Source: the human T2T-CHM13v2.0 reference genome, Homo sapiens
Direction: 5' to 3'
Length of the DNA: 64,000 bases
Assembly: GCA_009914755.4 (NCBI GenBank)
Contig: CP086569.2
Coordinates: 4,832,001-4,896,000, forward strand
Shown: positions 26,150 through 39,800 of the stretch, piece by piece
Position numbering within the stretch: position 1 is the stretch's first letter
How the letters are laid out: every line of letters starts with the position of its first letter
The notes under the pieces: generated by a model
Databases searched by the model: none
What the model was told of the DNA's origin: nothing
What the model saw: the letters and a program-made list of their open reading frames with translations, nothing else
Made by a program: the position numbers and the translations under genes

Positions 26150-29100
26150 GTATTTTTTTTTTCTTCAACTTTATTTTAAGTTCAGGTGTATATTGCAGGA
26201 TGTGCAGGTTTGTTACATAGGAAAACGTGTCCCATGGTGGTTTGCTGCACAGATCATCAGATCACCTAGGTATTAATCCCAGCATTGATTAGGTATTTTT
26301 CTGGTGCCCTCCTTCCCCTTCCCCCTACCACGACAGGCCCCAGTATGTTGTTTTCCCCCACGTGTCCATAATTGTGGTCCCATAATTCAGCTCCCACTTA
26401 TACATGAGAACGTGTGGTGTTTGATTTTCTGTTCCTGGTTAATTTGCTGGGAATGATGGCTTCTAGCTTCATCCATATCCCTACAAAAGACAAGATCTCA
26501 TTCCTTTTTATGGCTGCATAGTATTCCATGGTGTATATGTACCACATTTCCTTTATCCAGTCTATCATTGATGGGCATTTGGGTTGATTCCATGTCCTTG
26601 GTATTGTGAATAGTGCTGCAATGAACAGAGGCATGCATGTATCTTTACAAGAGAATAATTTATATCCCTTTGGGTATATATCCAGTAATGGGATTGTTGG
26701 GTTAAATGGTATTTCCGCCTCTAGGTCTTTGAGGAATCACCACACTGTCTTCCACAATAGTTGAACTAATTTACACTCACACCAACAGTGTAAAAGCATT
26801 CCTTTTTCTCCACAATTTTACCAGCATCTGTTGTTTTTTGAATTTTTAATAATAGCCATTCTAGATGACATGAGATGGTATCTCACTGTGGCTTTGACTT
26901 GCCTTTCTCTAATGATCAGTGATGTTGAGCTTCGTTTCATATGTTTTTTACCTACATGTATGTCTTCTTTGGAGGAGTGTCTGTTAATGTCCTTTGCTTA
27001 CTTTTTGATGGAGTTGTTTGTTTCTTTCTTGTAAATTTGTTTAAGTTCCTTGTAGACTCTGGAATTTAAGCCTTTGTCAGATGGATAGATTGCAAAAATT
27101 TTCTCCCATTCTGTAGGCTGTCTCTGTTGATAGTTTCTTTTGCTGTGCAGAAGCTCTTTCGTTTAATTAGATCCCATTTGTCAATTTTTGCTATTGTAGC
27201 CATTGCTTTTGGCATTTTCATCATGAAATCTTTGCTTGCACCTATGTCCTAAATCATACTGCCTAGATTTTCTTGTAGGGCTTATATAGTTTTGGGTTTT
27301 ATATTTAAGTCTTTAATCCACACTGAGTTAACTTTTGTGTAAGGTGTAAGGAAAAAGTTCTAGTTTCAATTTTCTGTGTATGGCTAGCCAGCACTCCCAG
27401 CACCAGTTATTAAATAGGGAGTCTTTCACCATTGCTGGCTTTTGTCGATTTTGTCAAAGATCAGACAGGTGTAGTTGTGCAATCTTATTTCTGAGTTCTC
27501 TATTCTGTTCCATTAGTCTATGTGTCTGGTCTTGTACCAGCACCATGCTTTTTTGGTTACTGTAGCCTTGTAGTATAGTTTGAAGTTGGGTAGCATGATG
27601 CCTCCAGCTTTTTGATGTGAGCATTTAATGCTATAAATTTCCCTTTGGCAGTGTCCCAGAGATTCTGGTACACTGTCTCTTCATTCTCAGTAGTTTCAAA
27701 GAACTTCTTGATTTCTACCTTAATTTCATTATTTACCCACAAGACATTCAGGAGCAGGCTGTTCAATTTCCATGTAGTTGTGTGGTTTTGAGTGAATTTC
27801 ATAATCTTGAGTTCTAATTTGATTGTGCTGAGACTGTTTATTATTATTTCAGTTCTTTTCATTTGCTGAGGAGTGTATTACTTCCTATTATGTGATCAAT
27901 TTTAGAGTAACTGCCATGTGGCAATGAAAAGAATGTATATTCTGTTGAATTTGGGTGGAGATTTCTGTAGATTTCTATTAGGTCCACTTGATCCAGAGCT
28001 GAGCTCAGGTCCTGAATATCTTTGTTAATTTTCTGTCTTGACCTGTCTAATATTGTCAGTACATGTTAATGTCCCTCACTATTATTGTGTGGGAGGCTAA
28101 GTCTCTTTTTACATCTCTAAGCACTTGCTTTATGAATCTGGATGTTCCTATATTGGGTTCATATATATTTAGGATAGTTAGCTTTTGAATTGAAACTTTT
28201 ACCATTATGTAATGCCCTTCTTTGTCTTTTTTAAATCCATATTGGTTTAAAGTCTATTTTATTAGAGACTAGGATTGCAACCCCTGCTTTTTTCTATTTT
28301 CCATTTGCTTGGTAAATTTTCCTCCATACCTTTATTTGAGCCTATGTGTGTCTTTGCCCATGAGCTGGGCCTCTTGAAGGCAGCATACCAATGGGTTTGG
28401 CTCTTTATCCATCTTGCCATTCTGTGTCTTTTAATTGGGGCATTTAGCCCATTTACATTTAAGGTTAATATTGTTATGTGTGAATTTGATCCTGCCATCA
28501 TGATGCTAGCTGGTTACTTTGTAGTCTTGTTTATGTAGTTGCTTCATAGTGTCACTAGTCTGTGTACTTTAGTGTGTTTTTGTAGTGGCTGGCAATAGTT
28601 TTTCCTTTCCATATTTAGTGCTTCCTTCAGGACCTCTTGCAAGGTAGGCCTGGTGGTGATGAATTCCCTTAGCCTTCGCTTGTCTGAAAAGGATCTTATT
28701 TCTCCTTCACTTACGAAATGTAGTTTGGTCAGATACAAAATTCTGGGTTGGAAATCCTTTTCTTCAAGAATGTTGAATATTAGCCCCCAATCTCTTCTGG
28801 CTTGTAGGATTTCCACTGAGAAGTCTGCTGTTAGTCTGATGGGTTTCCCTTTGTCAGTAACCTGGCCTTTCTCTCTAGCTGCCCTTTTAACATTTTTTCT
28901 TCAATTTTGATCTTGGAGAATCTGATCATTATGTATCTTGGGGTTGATCTTCTCATGGAGTATCTTACTGGGGTTCTCTGGATTTCCTGAATTTAAATGT
29001 TGGCCTGTCTTGCTAGGTTGGAGAAGTTCTCCTGCATGATATCCTGAAATATGTTTTCCAAGTTGGTTCCATTCTCCCCATCTCTTTCCAGTACCCCAGT

Positions 29101-30985
29101 CAGTCATAGATTTGCTCTCTTTACATAATCCATATTTCTCAGAGGTTTTGTTTGTTCCTTTTCATTCTTTTTTCTCTATTTTTGTCTGCCTGTCTTATTT
29201 CAGAAAGACAGCCTTCAAGCTCTGAGATTCTATGCTCTGCTTAGTCTATTCTGCTGTCAATACTTGTGTTTGCATTGCGAAGTTCTTGTGTTGTGTTTTT
29301 CAGCTCCCTCAGGTCAGTTATGTTTCTCTCTAAACTAGCTATTCTGGCTACCAATTCCTGTATTGTTTTATCATGATTCTTAGCTTCTTTGCATTGGGTT
29401 ACAACATGCTCCTTTAGCTCAATGTAGTTTGTTATTACCCACTTCTTAAGCCTAATCCTATCAATTCAGCCGTCTCAGCTTCAGCCCAGTTCTGTGCCCT
29501 TGCTGGAGAGGTGTTGTGGTCTTTTGGAGGAGAAGAAGCACTCTGGCTTTTTGAGTTTTCAGTGTTTTTGCATTGATTCTTCCTCATATCTGTGGGCTTA
29601 CCTACCTTCAATCTTTTAGGTTGCTGACCTGTGAATAAGGGTTTTGTGGGGTCTTTTTTGTTGATGTTGTTGTTTTCTGTTTGTTTTCCTTTTGACAGTC
29701 AGGCTACTTTACTGTATGGCTGCTGCAGTTTGCTGGGGGTCTGCTTTAGACCCTAGTTGCCTCAGTTTCTCCCATACCTGAAAGTATCACCAGTGAAGGC
29801 CATGAAACAGCAAAGATAACAGCCAGATCCTTCCTCTGGAAGCTCCATCCCAGGGAGATACTGATCTGTTGCCAGCCTACATGCACCTGTAGGAGGAGAC
29901 GGGATACCCATGTTGGCAGGTCTTACCCAGTCAGGAGGAATGAGATAAGGGATCTGCCCCTAGAAGCTGTCTGGCTGCTTTTTGGTAGAGCAGGCATGCT
30001 GCATTGAGGGGCTCTCTTCCTCATCTGGACTACCTGAATTCTCCAAAGCTGGTAGGCTGAAGGAGCTGAGTTGGCCAAACCACAAAGATGGAGGCCACCC
30101 CTTCCACTGCAAGCTCCATCACAGGGAGGGATCAGAGCTCTATTCATAGTACCCTGGCTGGAGTGGCTGGAGCCCCCTCAGAGAGGTCCTGCCCAGTGAG
30201 AAACAATGGATCAGCATCCCACTTAAAGAAGCAGTCTGGCCACCAACTGGCAAGGCAGCTGTGCTGCATTGTTGGGGGGCCCTTCCTTATCTGGACCATC
30301 TGTATTCTCCACAGGGGGCAGGCTGGAATAGCTGAGTCTACCAAACCACAGAGATGGTGGCCACCCCTCCCCCCAGGAATTCAGACTCATCTCAGGCAGA
30401 CTGCAATCTGCTGCCATTGGCTAGCTGGGATTCCAAGCCAGTGGGTCTTAACTTGTGAGGCAACAGGAAGTGGGGCACACAGAACAATGCTGCTTGGCTC
30501 ACTGGATTCAGCACCCTTCCTAGGGATATGTGCGGATGGATTTCCCACCTTACTGGTGATCCCAAGGCCAGAGCATGTAAAGTTCCTGGGTGTCTGTGTG
30601 TGTCTGAGTGGCTGCTCTGCTGAGACTCCACACAGCTCTGTGTGTCAGACCCAAGGCCCTGGTGGTGTGGGCTCATGAAGTGATATCCAGATCCATGTGT
30701 TGCAAAGATCCATGGGAGAAGTGTGGTTTTTCAGGTGGGGTTGCGCAATCACTACCACTTCCCTTGGATGAGGGTGGGGCTTCCTTTGGCTCCATGCCAC
30801 TCCCCCATGGGCCATCACCTTTCCCCACTTTTCTTCATTTTTTTGTGGGTCGAGTTGTTTTCCTAGTCAGTCTCAATGTGAGAACCTGGATATTTCAATT
30901 GAAGATGCTGAATTCCCTCACCCCTTCTTATTCCTCTCCGTGAATACTGTGGACCACAGCTGCTTCTAATTAGCCATCTTGGATC
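26150..30985 (-). mobile_element. Near-full-length older L1PA element (~4.8 kb), reverse orientation: poly-T and 3'UTR at left, ORF2 with ~1.6 kb of internal deletion (most of the RT domain missing), ORF1, and a long 5'UTR reaching the canonical 5' end
   Basis: Left end: ttttttttttcttcaactttattttaagttcaggtgtatattgcaggatgtgcaggtttgttacatagg (reverse complement of the L1 3' end). Minus-strand ORFs: 28262-28501 = ORF2p N-terminus/endonuclease (MMAGSNSHITILTLNVNGLNAPIKRHRMARWIKSQ...). 28544-28816 = ORF1p C-terminus (...RRDWGLIFNILEEKDFQPRILYLTKLHFVSEGEIRSFSDKRRLREFITTRPTLQEVLKEALNMERKNYCQPLQKHTK). 27557-27862 = ORF2 aa ~250-355 (...[52 protein letters not shown]). In the sequence this is followed directly by the [35 protein letters not shown]... 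region, i.e. ORF2 aa ~355 is joined to aa ~725. Right end reverse-complements to gatccaagatggctaattagaagcagctgtggtccacag..., the L1PA 5'UTR start (cf. GGAGCCAAGATGGCCGAATAGGAACAGCTCC). Confidence 0.9.
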
Positions 30986-31329
30986 GTGTTTTTTGCGACA
31001 TTTTTAAAATACACCTTTGTAAACTGTTACTTGTTCTTCTCTCACTGTTTAAATTTATGGAAACAACTAAAGCATGTTTCACGAGGAAAACTTCAACAAG
31101 TCTGACATATATTTTGATATTATTAATGAGGAATATTCAACAAGAAATGCTAATAAGACAGACCTCAGTATAAAGTGGCACTGTTCCCACTATACAGATA
31201 ACACATTTTTCCTAGCTATCGGTAGTGTCAATGGCAGTAATAACAGATTCATACTGCCTGATTCCTTTCTCTCTGAAATAATTTAGAGAAGTTAAACTTA
31301 ATTTTATGTAAAAATGTAAAATTTTCCAA

Positions 31330-33239
<1,910 letters not shown>

Positions 33240-33240
<1 letters not shown>

Positions 33241-36200
33241 CAGGCCAATATCCTTGATGAACACAAATGCAAAAATCTTCAACAAAATACTAACAACTCA
33301 AATTTAACAGCACATTATAATGATCATACACCATAATCAAATGGAAATTATCCCTGAGGTGCAAGAACAGTTCAACATACACAAATCAATAAATGAGATA
33401 CACTATATTAACAGAATGAAGGATAAAAATTATAGAATCATCTCAACAGATGCAGAAAAACAATTTGACAAGCTTTACCAAATTAGGTAAAGAAAAAATA
33501 TACCTCAACATAATGAATGTCAAATATGACAAGCTAACAGATAACATCATACTCCAGTGAAAAGCTGAAATCTTTTCTGTTAAGATCAGGAGCAAGGATG
33601 TCCACTCTTGCCACTGCTAGTCAACATAGTACTGGAAATCCTAGCCAGGGCAATGAGGCAAGAGAAAGAAATAAAAGGCATCCAAATTGAAAAGAAGAAG
33701 TAAAATTGTCTCTATTGGAAGATGACATAATCTTATATACACAACACTCTAAAAACTCTGCCAAAAAAATTACTAGAATGAATAAACGAATTCAGTAAAG
33801 TCACAGGGTACAAAATCAACAGGGAAAGATCAGATGCATTTCTATACACTAACAATGAACTCTCAAAAGGAGAAATTTTAAAAGCAATACCATTTACAGT
33901 TGGGTATTAGTCTCTTCTCATTCTGGTAATATAGACATACCTGAGATTAGGTAATTTATAAAGGAAAAGGTTTAATTGACTCACAGTTCAGCATGTCAAG
34001 GACTCAGGAAACTTACAATCATGGCAGAAGAGGAAGCAAACACATCCTTCTTCACATGGCAGCAGCAAGGAGAAGTGCCTGTGAAAAGGGGGAAAAGCCC
34101 TTATAAAACCATCAGATCTCGTGAGAATTCACTCACTGTCATGAGAACAGCAGGAAGGTAACCACCCCCATTATTAAATTACCTCCCACCAGGTCTCTCC
34201 CATGACACATGGGGATTATGGGAGCTACAGTTCAAGATGAGATTTAGGTGGGGACACAGCCAAACCATGTCATTCCACCCCGGCCCCTTCCAAATCTCAT
34301 GTCCTTATGTTTCAAAACAAAATCACACCCTTCCAACAGTCCTCCAATGCCTTAACTTATTCCTGTATTAAACCAAAAGTCCATGTCCAAAAGTCTTGTC
34401 TGAGACAAGGCAAGCCCCTTCTGCCTATGAGCCTGTAAAATCAAAAGCAAGTTAGTTACTACCTACATACAATGGGTCAACAGGTGTTGGGTAAATACAT
34501 CCATTCCAAATGGGAGAAGTTGGCTAAGAGAAAGGGGCTACAGGCCCCATGCAAGTCCAAAATCCAGTGGGGCAGTCAAATCTTAAAGTTCTAAAATGAT
34601 CTCCTTTGAATCCAAGTCTCACATACAAGGTGCTGATGCAAGAGGTGAGCTCTCAATGCCTTGGGCAGCTCCATCCCTGTGGCTTTGCAGGGTACAGCCC
34701 ACCATCCTGGCTGCAATAACAGGCTGGCAATGAGTGTCTGTGGGTTTTCCAGGTGCATGATGCAAGCTGTCAATGGATCTACTATTCTGGGATCTGGAAG
34801 ACTGTGGCCCTGTTCTCACGGCTCCAGTAGGCAATACCCCAGTGGAGACTCTTTTTGGGGCCTCTTACCCCACATTTCACTTCTGCACTGCACTAGCAGA
34901 GGTTCTCCATGAGAACTCCATCCCTGCAACACACCTGTGCCTGGATATCCAGGCATTTACATATATCTTTTAAAATCTAGATAGAAGTTCCCAAACCTCA
35001 ATTCTTGGCTTCTGTGCACCTGCAGGCCTAACATTATGTGTAAGCTGCCAACCCTTGGGGCTTGCACCCTCCAAAGTAACAGCCTGAGCTATATATTGGC
35101 CCCTTTTAATCATGGCTGGGACACAGGGCATCAAGTCCCAAGACTACAGAAAGCAGCAAGGCCTTGGGTCCAGCCAAAAAAAAAAAACATTTTTCCCCCT
35201 AAGCCTCTAGGCCTGTGATGGGAGGGGCTACTGTGAAGACCTCTGACATGTCCTGGAGACATTTTCTCCATTGTCATGGCAATTAACATTTGGCTCCCTT
35301 TTTACTTATGCGAATTCCTGCTGCCAGCTTGAATTTCTTATCAGAAAATGGGTTTTTCTTTTCTATAGCATCATCAGGCTGCAAATTTTCTGAACTTTTA
35401 TGTTTTGCTTCCCTTTTCAACATAAGTTCCAATTCCAAACCATATCTTTGTGAATACATAAAACTTAATGCTTTTAACAGCACCCAAATCACCTCTTGAA
35501 TGATTTACTACTTACAGATTTCTTTTCCTGGATACCCTAAATCATCTCTTTCAAGTTCAGAGTTTCACAGATCTCTAAGGTAGGGGCAAAATGCCACCAG
35601 TCTCTTTGCTAGAGCATAGCAAAAGTCACCTTTATTTTACTTCCCAACAAATTCCCCATTTCCATCTGAGATCACCTCAGCCTGGACTTCATTGTCCATA
35701 CCACTATCAGCATTTTAGTCAAAGCCATTCACCAAGTCTCTAGGAAGTTTCAAACTTTCCCACCTCTTTCTGTCTTCTTCTGAGCCCTCCAAGCTTTTCC
35801 AGCCTCTCCCTGTTACCCATTTCCAAAATCGCTTCCACATTTTCAGTTATTTTTACAGTAGCACCCCACTCCTGGTACCAATTTACTGTATTAGTCTGTT
35901 CTCACACTGCGAATAAGGACATACCAGAGACTGGGTCATTTGTAAAGGAAAAATATTTAATCAACTCACAGTTCAGCATGGCTGGAGAAGCCTCAGGAAA
36001 CTTACAATCATGGCAGAAGTAGAAGCGAACATGTCCTTCTTCACATGGTAACAGCAAGGTGAAGTGCCAAGCGAAACAAGGAAAAGCCCCTTATAAAACC
36101 ATCAGATCTTGTGAGAACTCACTCACCATCACGAGAACAACATGAGGGTAACCAACCTCATGATTAAGTTACCTCCCACTGGGTCCCTCCCACATCATGT

Positions 36201-36585
36201 AGGGATTATGGGAACTACAATTCAAGATGAGTTTTGTCTGGGGACACAGCCAAACCATATCAAGCAACATCAAAATTAATAAATTTAGGGGCAAATTTAA
36301 CCAAGGGAGATGAAAGATCTCTACACTGAAAACTATAATGCATCAGTGAAAGAAATTAAAGAAGACATTAATAAATAGATATCCTGTGTTCTTAAATTGA
36401 AAGAATTAATATTGTTAAAATGTCCATACCATCCAAAGCAATCTATGGATTCAGTGCAAGTCCTATCAAAATGCCAATGTTACTTTTCACAGAAATATAA
36501 AAAAGAATTCTAAAATTCATATGGAACCACCAAGGACCCAGACTAGCCAATGCAAACTTGAGAAACACTGTTTTGTTAGCAGGTC
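33240..36585 (+). mobile_element. Inverted 5' segment of the same ancient L1M insertion (ORF2 aa ~490 to ~700, forward orientation), split by the nested THE1-class element; L1 sequence itself at 33240-33897 and 36271-36585
   Basis: 33240-33897 forward-translates to RT-domain motifs: ...[76 protein letters not shown].., ...[35 protein letters not shown].. (cf. ORF2 ...[77 protein letters not shown]...[36 protein letters not shown]...). 36271-36585 translates to ...[33 protein letters not shown] (cf. ...[32 protein letters not shown]). Confidence 0.75.
33898..36270 (-). mobile_element. Complete THE1/MST-class MaLR retroelement (LTR ~33898-34272, internal region ~34273-35881, LTR ~35882-36270), nested inside the ancient L1M
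   Basis: Both LTRs are reverse complements of the THE1 consensus (TGATATGGTTTGGCTGTGTCCCCA...AGATCTGATGGTTTTATAAGGG...ACTAATACA): left LTR ...gtattagtctcttctcattctggtaatatagacatacctgagattaggtaatttataaaggaaaaggtttaattgactcacagttcagcatg...aaaaccatcagatctcgtgagaattcactcactgtcatgagaacagc...ttcaagatgagatttaggtggggacacagccaaaccatgtca; right LTR gtattagtctgttctcacactgcgaataaggacataccagagactgggtcatttgtaaagg...ggggacacagccaaaccatatca. The two LTRs are clearly diverged from each other (by eye roughly 15%), consistent with an old insertion. The ~1.6-kb spacing matches the THE1 internal region. Confidence 0.85.
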
Positions 36586-38616
36586 TATTATATAGTTATC
36601 AGAGTCTTGCCTAAGACTTGTTATTTATATTGCAAGGTTTTATCCAACTCTTCAGCTAGAAAGAATGCATGTCGTGTTAACCTGATGGTGCTATGTTATA
36701 TTAATGAACAATATCATTTCTTATTTGAAACCTTAGTTATTATGGCTGCATGAAGATCAAGATCACTTAGGAAGAAAACCATGATGTAACGTTACACTAT
36801 TGAGCATCACAGTCTTTGAATTAAAATAATACTTTTACATTATCTTTTCTAATTGAAAATGCTCCTGCTAAAGTGTGGGGTTTTCTTTCCAGATTTTCCT
36901 CCATCAGCAGGACTTACATGTGCTTTGTTTAGAGAGCTGACAGTTTGTACTAGAGCATACTACAGCTGTGCCTCTCTGGCCTAGCAACATGTGGTGTCAG
37001 ATGATCTTTAATGACTAGGGTACGGGCTTCAACACTTAGAATCTTTAGGAACAGCAGACAGCTCTTGAAAACAGGAGACATACATAAGGGCAGAGCTGAA
37101 GGAAACTGCTAGCGTTTAGTTTAAATGGTGCCAAACCTTACAATCATTTGTGGGTCACTGAGTTTTTTATCTTTTTACAGCTGTTTTTGAGTATCAGTGA
37201 CAGATAATTTGTAATAGCATTAACATTTTAACAATGCATGAAAAAAGGAAGTATTTTCTTTACTTTTGCATTCAGTAATTTAATGTACATTCAGCTCTTT
37301 AAAAGAACAGAGGATAAACTTAAAGTTATTGGAACTAGAGGAAAGTTACGACAATCCTTTATTTTAATGACTTATAATGGAAGTGGGAGATAATATAAAA
37401 GACAATGCATGAGAAAGCTGAATATGGAATAATAATAGAAATTACAGTGGTTAAGAAGATTGTTTTTAATTTATCCTGTTTGACAGAGTAAGTTACATTT
37501 GAGAGCACACAAGAGTAGAAAAGTTCATTCATACAAACACTGTGTATCACACAATGTATTATTTTTGTATGTCAAGCATGCAGGTGGGCCCTTGAAAATT
37601 CCATTTTTGACTTCTTTTTTTTTCCTTTTTATTCACAGCCAAAATAACAATTAGAGGCCATGTACATTAGATGTGCAATTCCCAGCTCTGGCTTTGTTGA
37701 CAGCAGACATTAGGTAGAGTGGAGTGTCTTCTAGACACACTTGTGAGTTAAACTTAATTTATAGAGGAGGGAACAATTAAGGGACTTGACAATGAAGTCA
37801 TTTTTACAATTTATGAAACCTGATTTCTTTGTCCCAGCTTAAGATGAATTGACTCTCCATTGATGTTTCTTTATATCTATCTCTTAATAAAAGATCTTGT
37901 TCAATTAATAAAATTCTTTAAACAACTATTAGCTATCACTTTAAGAAGTTAAACATTGGCTTACAAGAGAAAGGAAGTCTATTAAAACCATACATTTGAT
38001 TTTCTCTAATTTTTAGAAGCCCACATTTTGTCAGTTGAAAGTGTCCGCAAAACAGCAGGGGTTTGGTCTAGGTTCTGCTACTCACTGCACAGAAAGCCAA
38101 TGACTGAGATGACAAGTATTACCAAGGAGGAAGGAAGAAGGCTTTAATTGGGTGCTGCAGCCAAGGAGATGGGAGCTCAGTCTTAAATCCCTCTCCTTGA
38201 CTGTCTAAAATTAGGTTTTTATATAGTGGGGAAGAAATGTAACAATATTAGAAGATAGGAACTAGAGAGGGGCAAGGAAACAATCATGATGAATGAGGGA
38301 TCTGGCATCTCATTATCTGGATGCTCTGATCTGGTGAGTTTCAGTTCTTTGATTTTTTTTTTTTTCTGAGAGGCCTGAACATCATTTCCTGAGGAAGGAA
38401 TGCAGATAAAACAAATATAAGTTTCAAGCTTTAAGACCAGAAGGATCAATATCTATGTTTACCCAAAAACAACTGTCTGTGGGACTATTGGGTCAGTTTC
38501 AAGAGAATGAATTTCAAGAGAAAGAATATTTGATGCTTTTGGAGGCAAAATTAACTTATTCAGAATACTATTTCCTAGAATATAAAGAGATGTGTTATTC
38601 AACTAAAGAATAGTTT

Positions 38617-38962
38617 GTGTTCTCACTCATAAGTGGGAGTTGAACAATGAGAACGCATGGACACAGGCAGGGGAACATCACACACCGGGGCCTGTCGGGG
38701 GTGGGGGCTGGGGGAGGGATAGCATTAGGAGAAATGCCTAATGTCAATGACGAGTTGATGGGTGCAGCAAACCAACACGGCACATGTATACCTGTGTAAC
38801 ATACCTGCACGTTGTGCACATGTACCCCAGAACTTAAAGTAAAATTTAAAAAATAAATAAAATAATAAAATTGCCTTTCAAAAAACAAAAAAAGAAATAT
38901 TGAAAAGCTACCCAGTATTTTAACAGGCACGTATTTTTAAAATAAATTTTATTGCATAAAAA
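38617..38962 (+). mobile_element. L1 3'-end insertion (forward orientation) flanked by a perfect 14-bp TSD aaagaatagtttgt (38605-38618 and 38963-38976). Includes ~86 bp of non-L1 sequence (38871-38956) between the L1 A-rich end and a terminal poly(A), i.e. a putative 3' transduction with its own AATAAA at 38940-38945.
   Basis: ...gttctcactcataagtgggagttgaacaatgagaacgcatggacacaggcaggggaacatcacacaccggggcctgtcgggggtgggggctgggggagggatagcattaggagaaatgcctaatgtcaatgacgagttgatgggtgcagcaaaccaacacggcacatgtatacctgtgtaacatacctgcacgttgtgcacatgtaccccagaacttaaagtaaaatttaaaaaataaataaaataataaaa is a textbook L1 3'UTR end. It is followed by ttgcctttcaaaaaacaaaaaaagaaatattgaaaagctacccagtattttaacaggcacgtatttttaaaataaattttattgcat + aaaaaaaaa, and then the TSD repeat. 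Confidence 0.85.
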
Positions 38963-38994
38963 AAAAGAATAGTTTGTTGGGTGAAAGGGAATTA

Positions 38995-39347
38995 ATTTTA
39001 TTTTATTATTTTTAAATTTTACTTTAAGTTCCAGGATACATGTGCAGACCGTGCAGGTTTGTCACATAGCTATACATGTGCCATGGTGGTTTGCTGCACC
39101 TATCAGCCTGTCATCTGGCTTTTAAGCCCCGCATACATTAAATATTTGTCCTAATGCTCTCCTTCTCCTCAACCCCCACCCCCCACCCCCCGACTGGCCC
39201 CAATGTGTGTTGTTCCCATTTCTGTGTCCATGTGTTCTGATTGTTCAACCCCCACTTATGAGTAAGAACATGCGGTGTTTGGTTTTCTGTTCCTGTGTTA
39301 GTTTGCTGAGGATGATGGCTTCCAGCTTCATCCAAGGAGAGATGTTG
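38995..39347 (-). mobile_element. L1 3'-end fragment, reverse orientation, tail-to-tail with the preceding L1 3' end
   Basis: ttttattttattatttttaaattttactttaagttccaggatacatgtgcagaccgtgcaggtttgtcacatagctatacatgtgccatggtggtttgctgcacctatcagcctgtcatc...ccaatgtgtgttgttcccatttctgtgtccatgtgttctgattgttcaacccccacttatgagtaagaacatgcggtgtttggttttctgttcctgtgttagtttgctgaggatgatggcttccagcttcatcca is the reverse complement of the L1 3'UTR/ORF2 end. Confidence 0.9.
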
Positions 39348-39450
39348 GAAGGGACCTATTTAGTGTCATTGTTTTCTCCCCTTTTTTTGTCTGTTACCAG
39401 TGTGTAGTTGTTAGGATGCTGTGAACAGGCTGTATGAGAATGCTCTAAGA

Positions 39451-39800
39451 CAGGGGTCCCCAAACCGTGGGCCATGGACCGGTACCTATCCATGGCCTGT
39501 TAGGAACCAGGCTGCACAGCAGGAGGTGAGCAGTGGCAAGCGCGCATTACCGCCTGAACTTCACCTCCTGTCAGATCAGCAGCGTCATTAAATTCTCACA
39601 GGAGCTCAAACCCTATTGTGAACTGCTCAAAGGATCTAGATTGTGCACTTCTTATGAGAAATCTAGCTAATGCCTAATTATCTGAGGTGGAATAGTTTCA
39701 TCCTGAAACCATTATCCACCCACCCACCCCCACTCTCCAACCATGGAAAATTGTCTTCTACGAAACCAGTCCCTGGTGCCAAAAAGGTTGGGGACCACTG
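39451..39800. mobile_element. Non-autonomous DNA transposon (MITE-like, ~350 bp) with ~15-bp terminal inverted repeats; most resembles the hAT-Charlie MER30 family, but the family name is uncertain
   Basis: Left terminus caggggtccccaaaccgtgggcc...; right terminus ...ggtgccaaaaaggttggggaccactg (reverse complement cagtggtccccaacctttttggcacc). Internal ...ggacc(g)gt.c..t..tccatggcctgttaggaaccaggctgcacagcaggaggtgagc...cattaccgcctgaacttcacctcctgtcagatcagc...gcattaaattctcacaggagc.caaaccctattgtgaactgc...ggatctag.ttg.gc.cttcttatgagaatctaa.tgcctaattatctgaggtggaa.agtttcatcctgaaacca... matches my recollection of MER30-type elements. Confidence 0.55.

Noticed and set aside
30088-30678. Longest ORF in the window (196 aa, + strand)
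   Set aside because: It lies entirely inside the 5'UTR of the reverse-oriented L1PA element, so it is antisense to L1. Its translation is low-complexity with no recognisable domain. I considered primate L1 antisense ORF0, but the offset from the L1 5' end (~300-890 bp) and the length do not match ORF0 (~70 codons near positions ~240-450), so it is not called.
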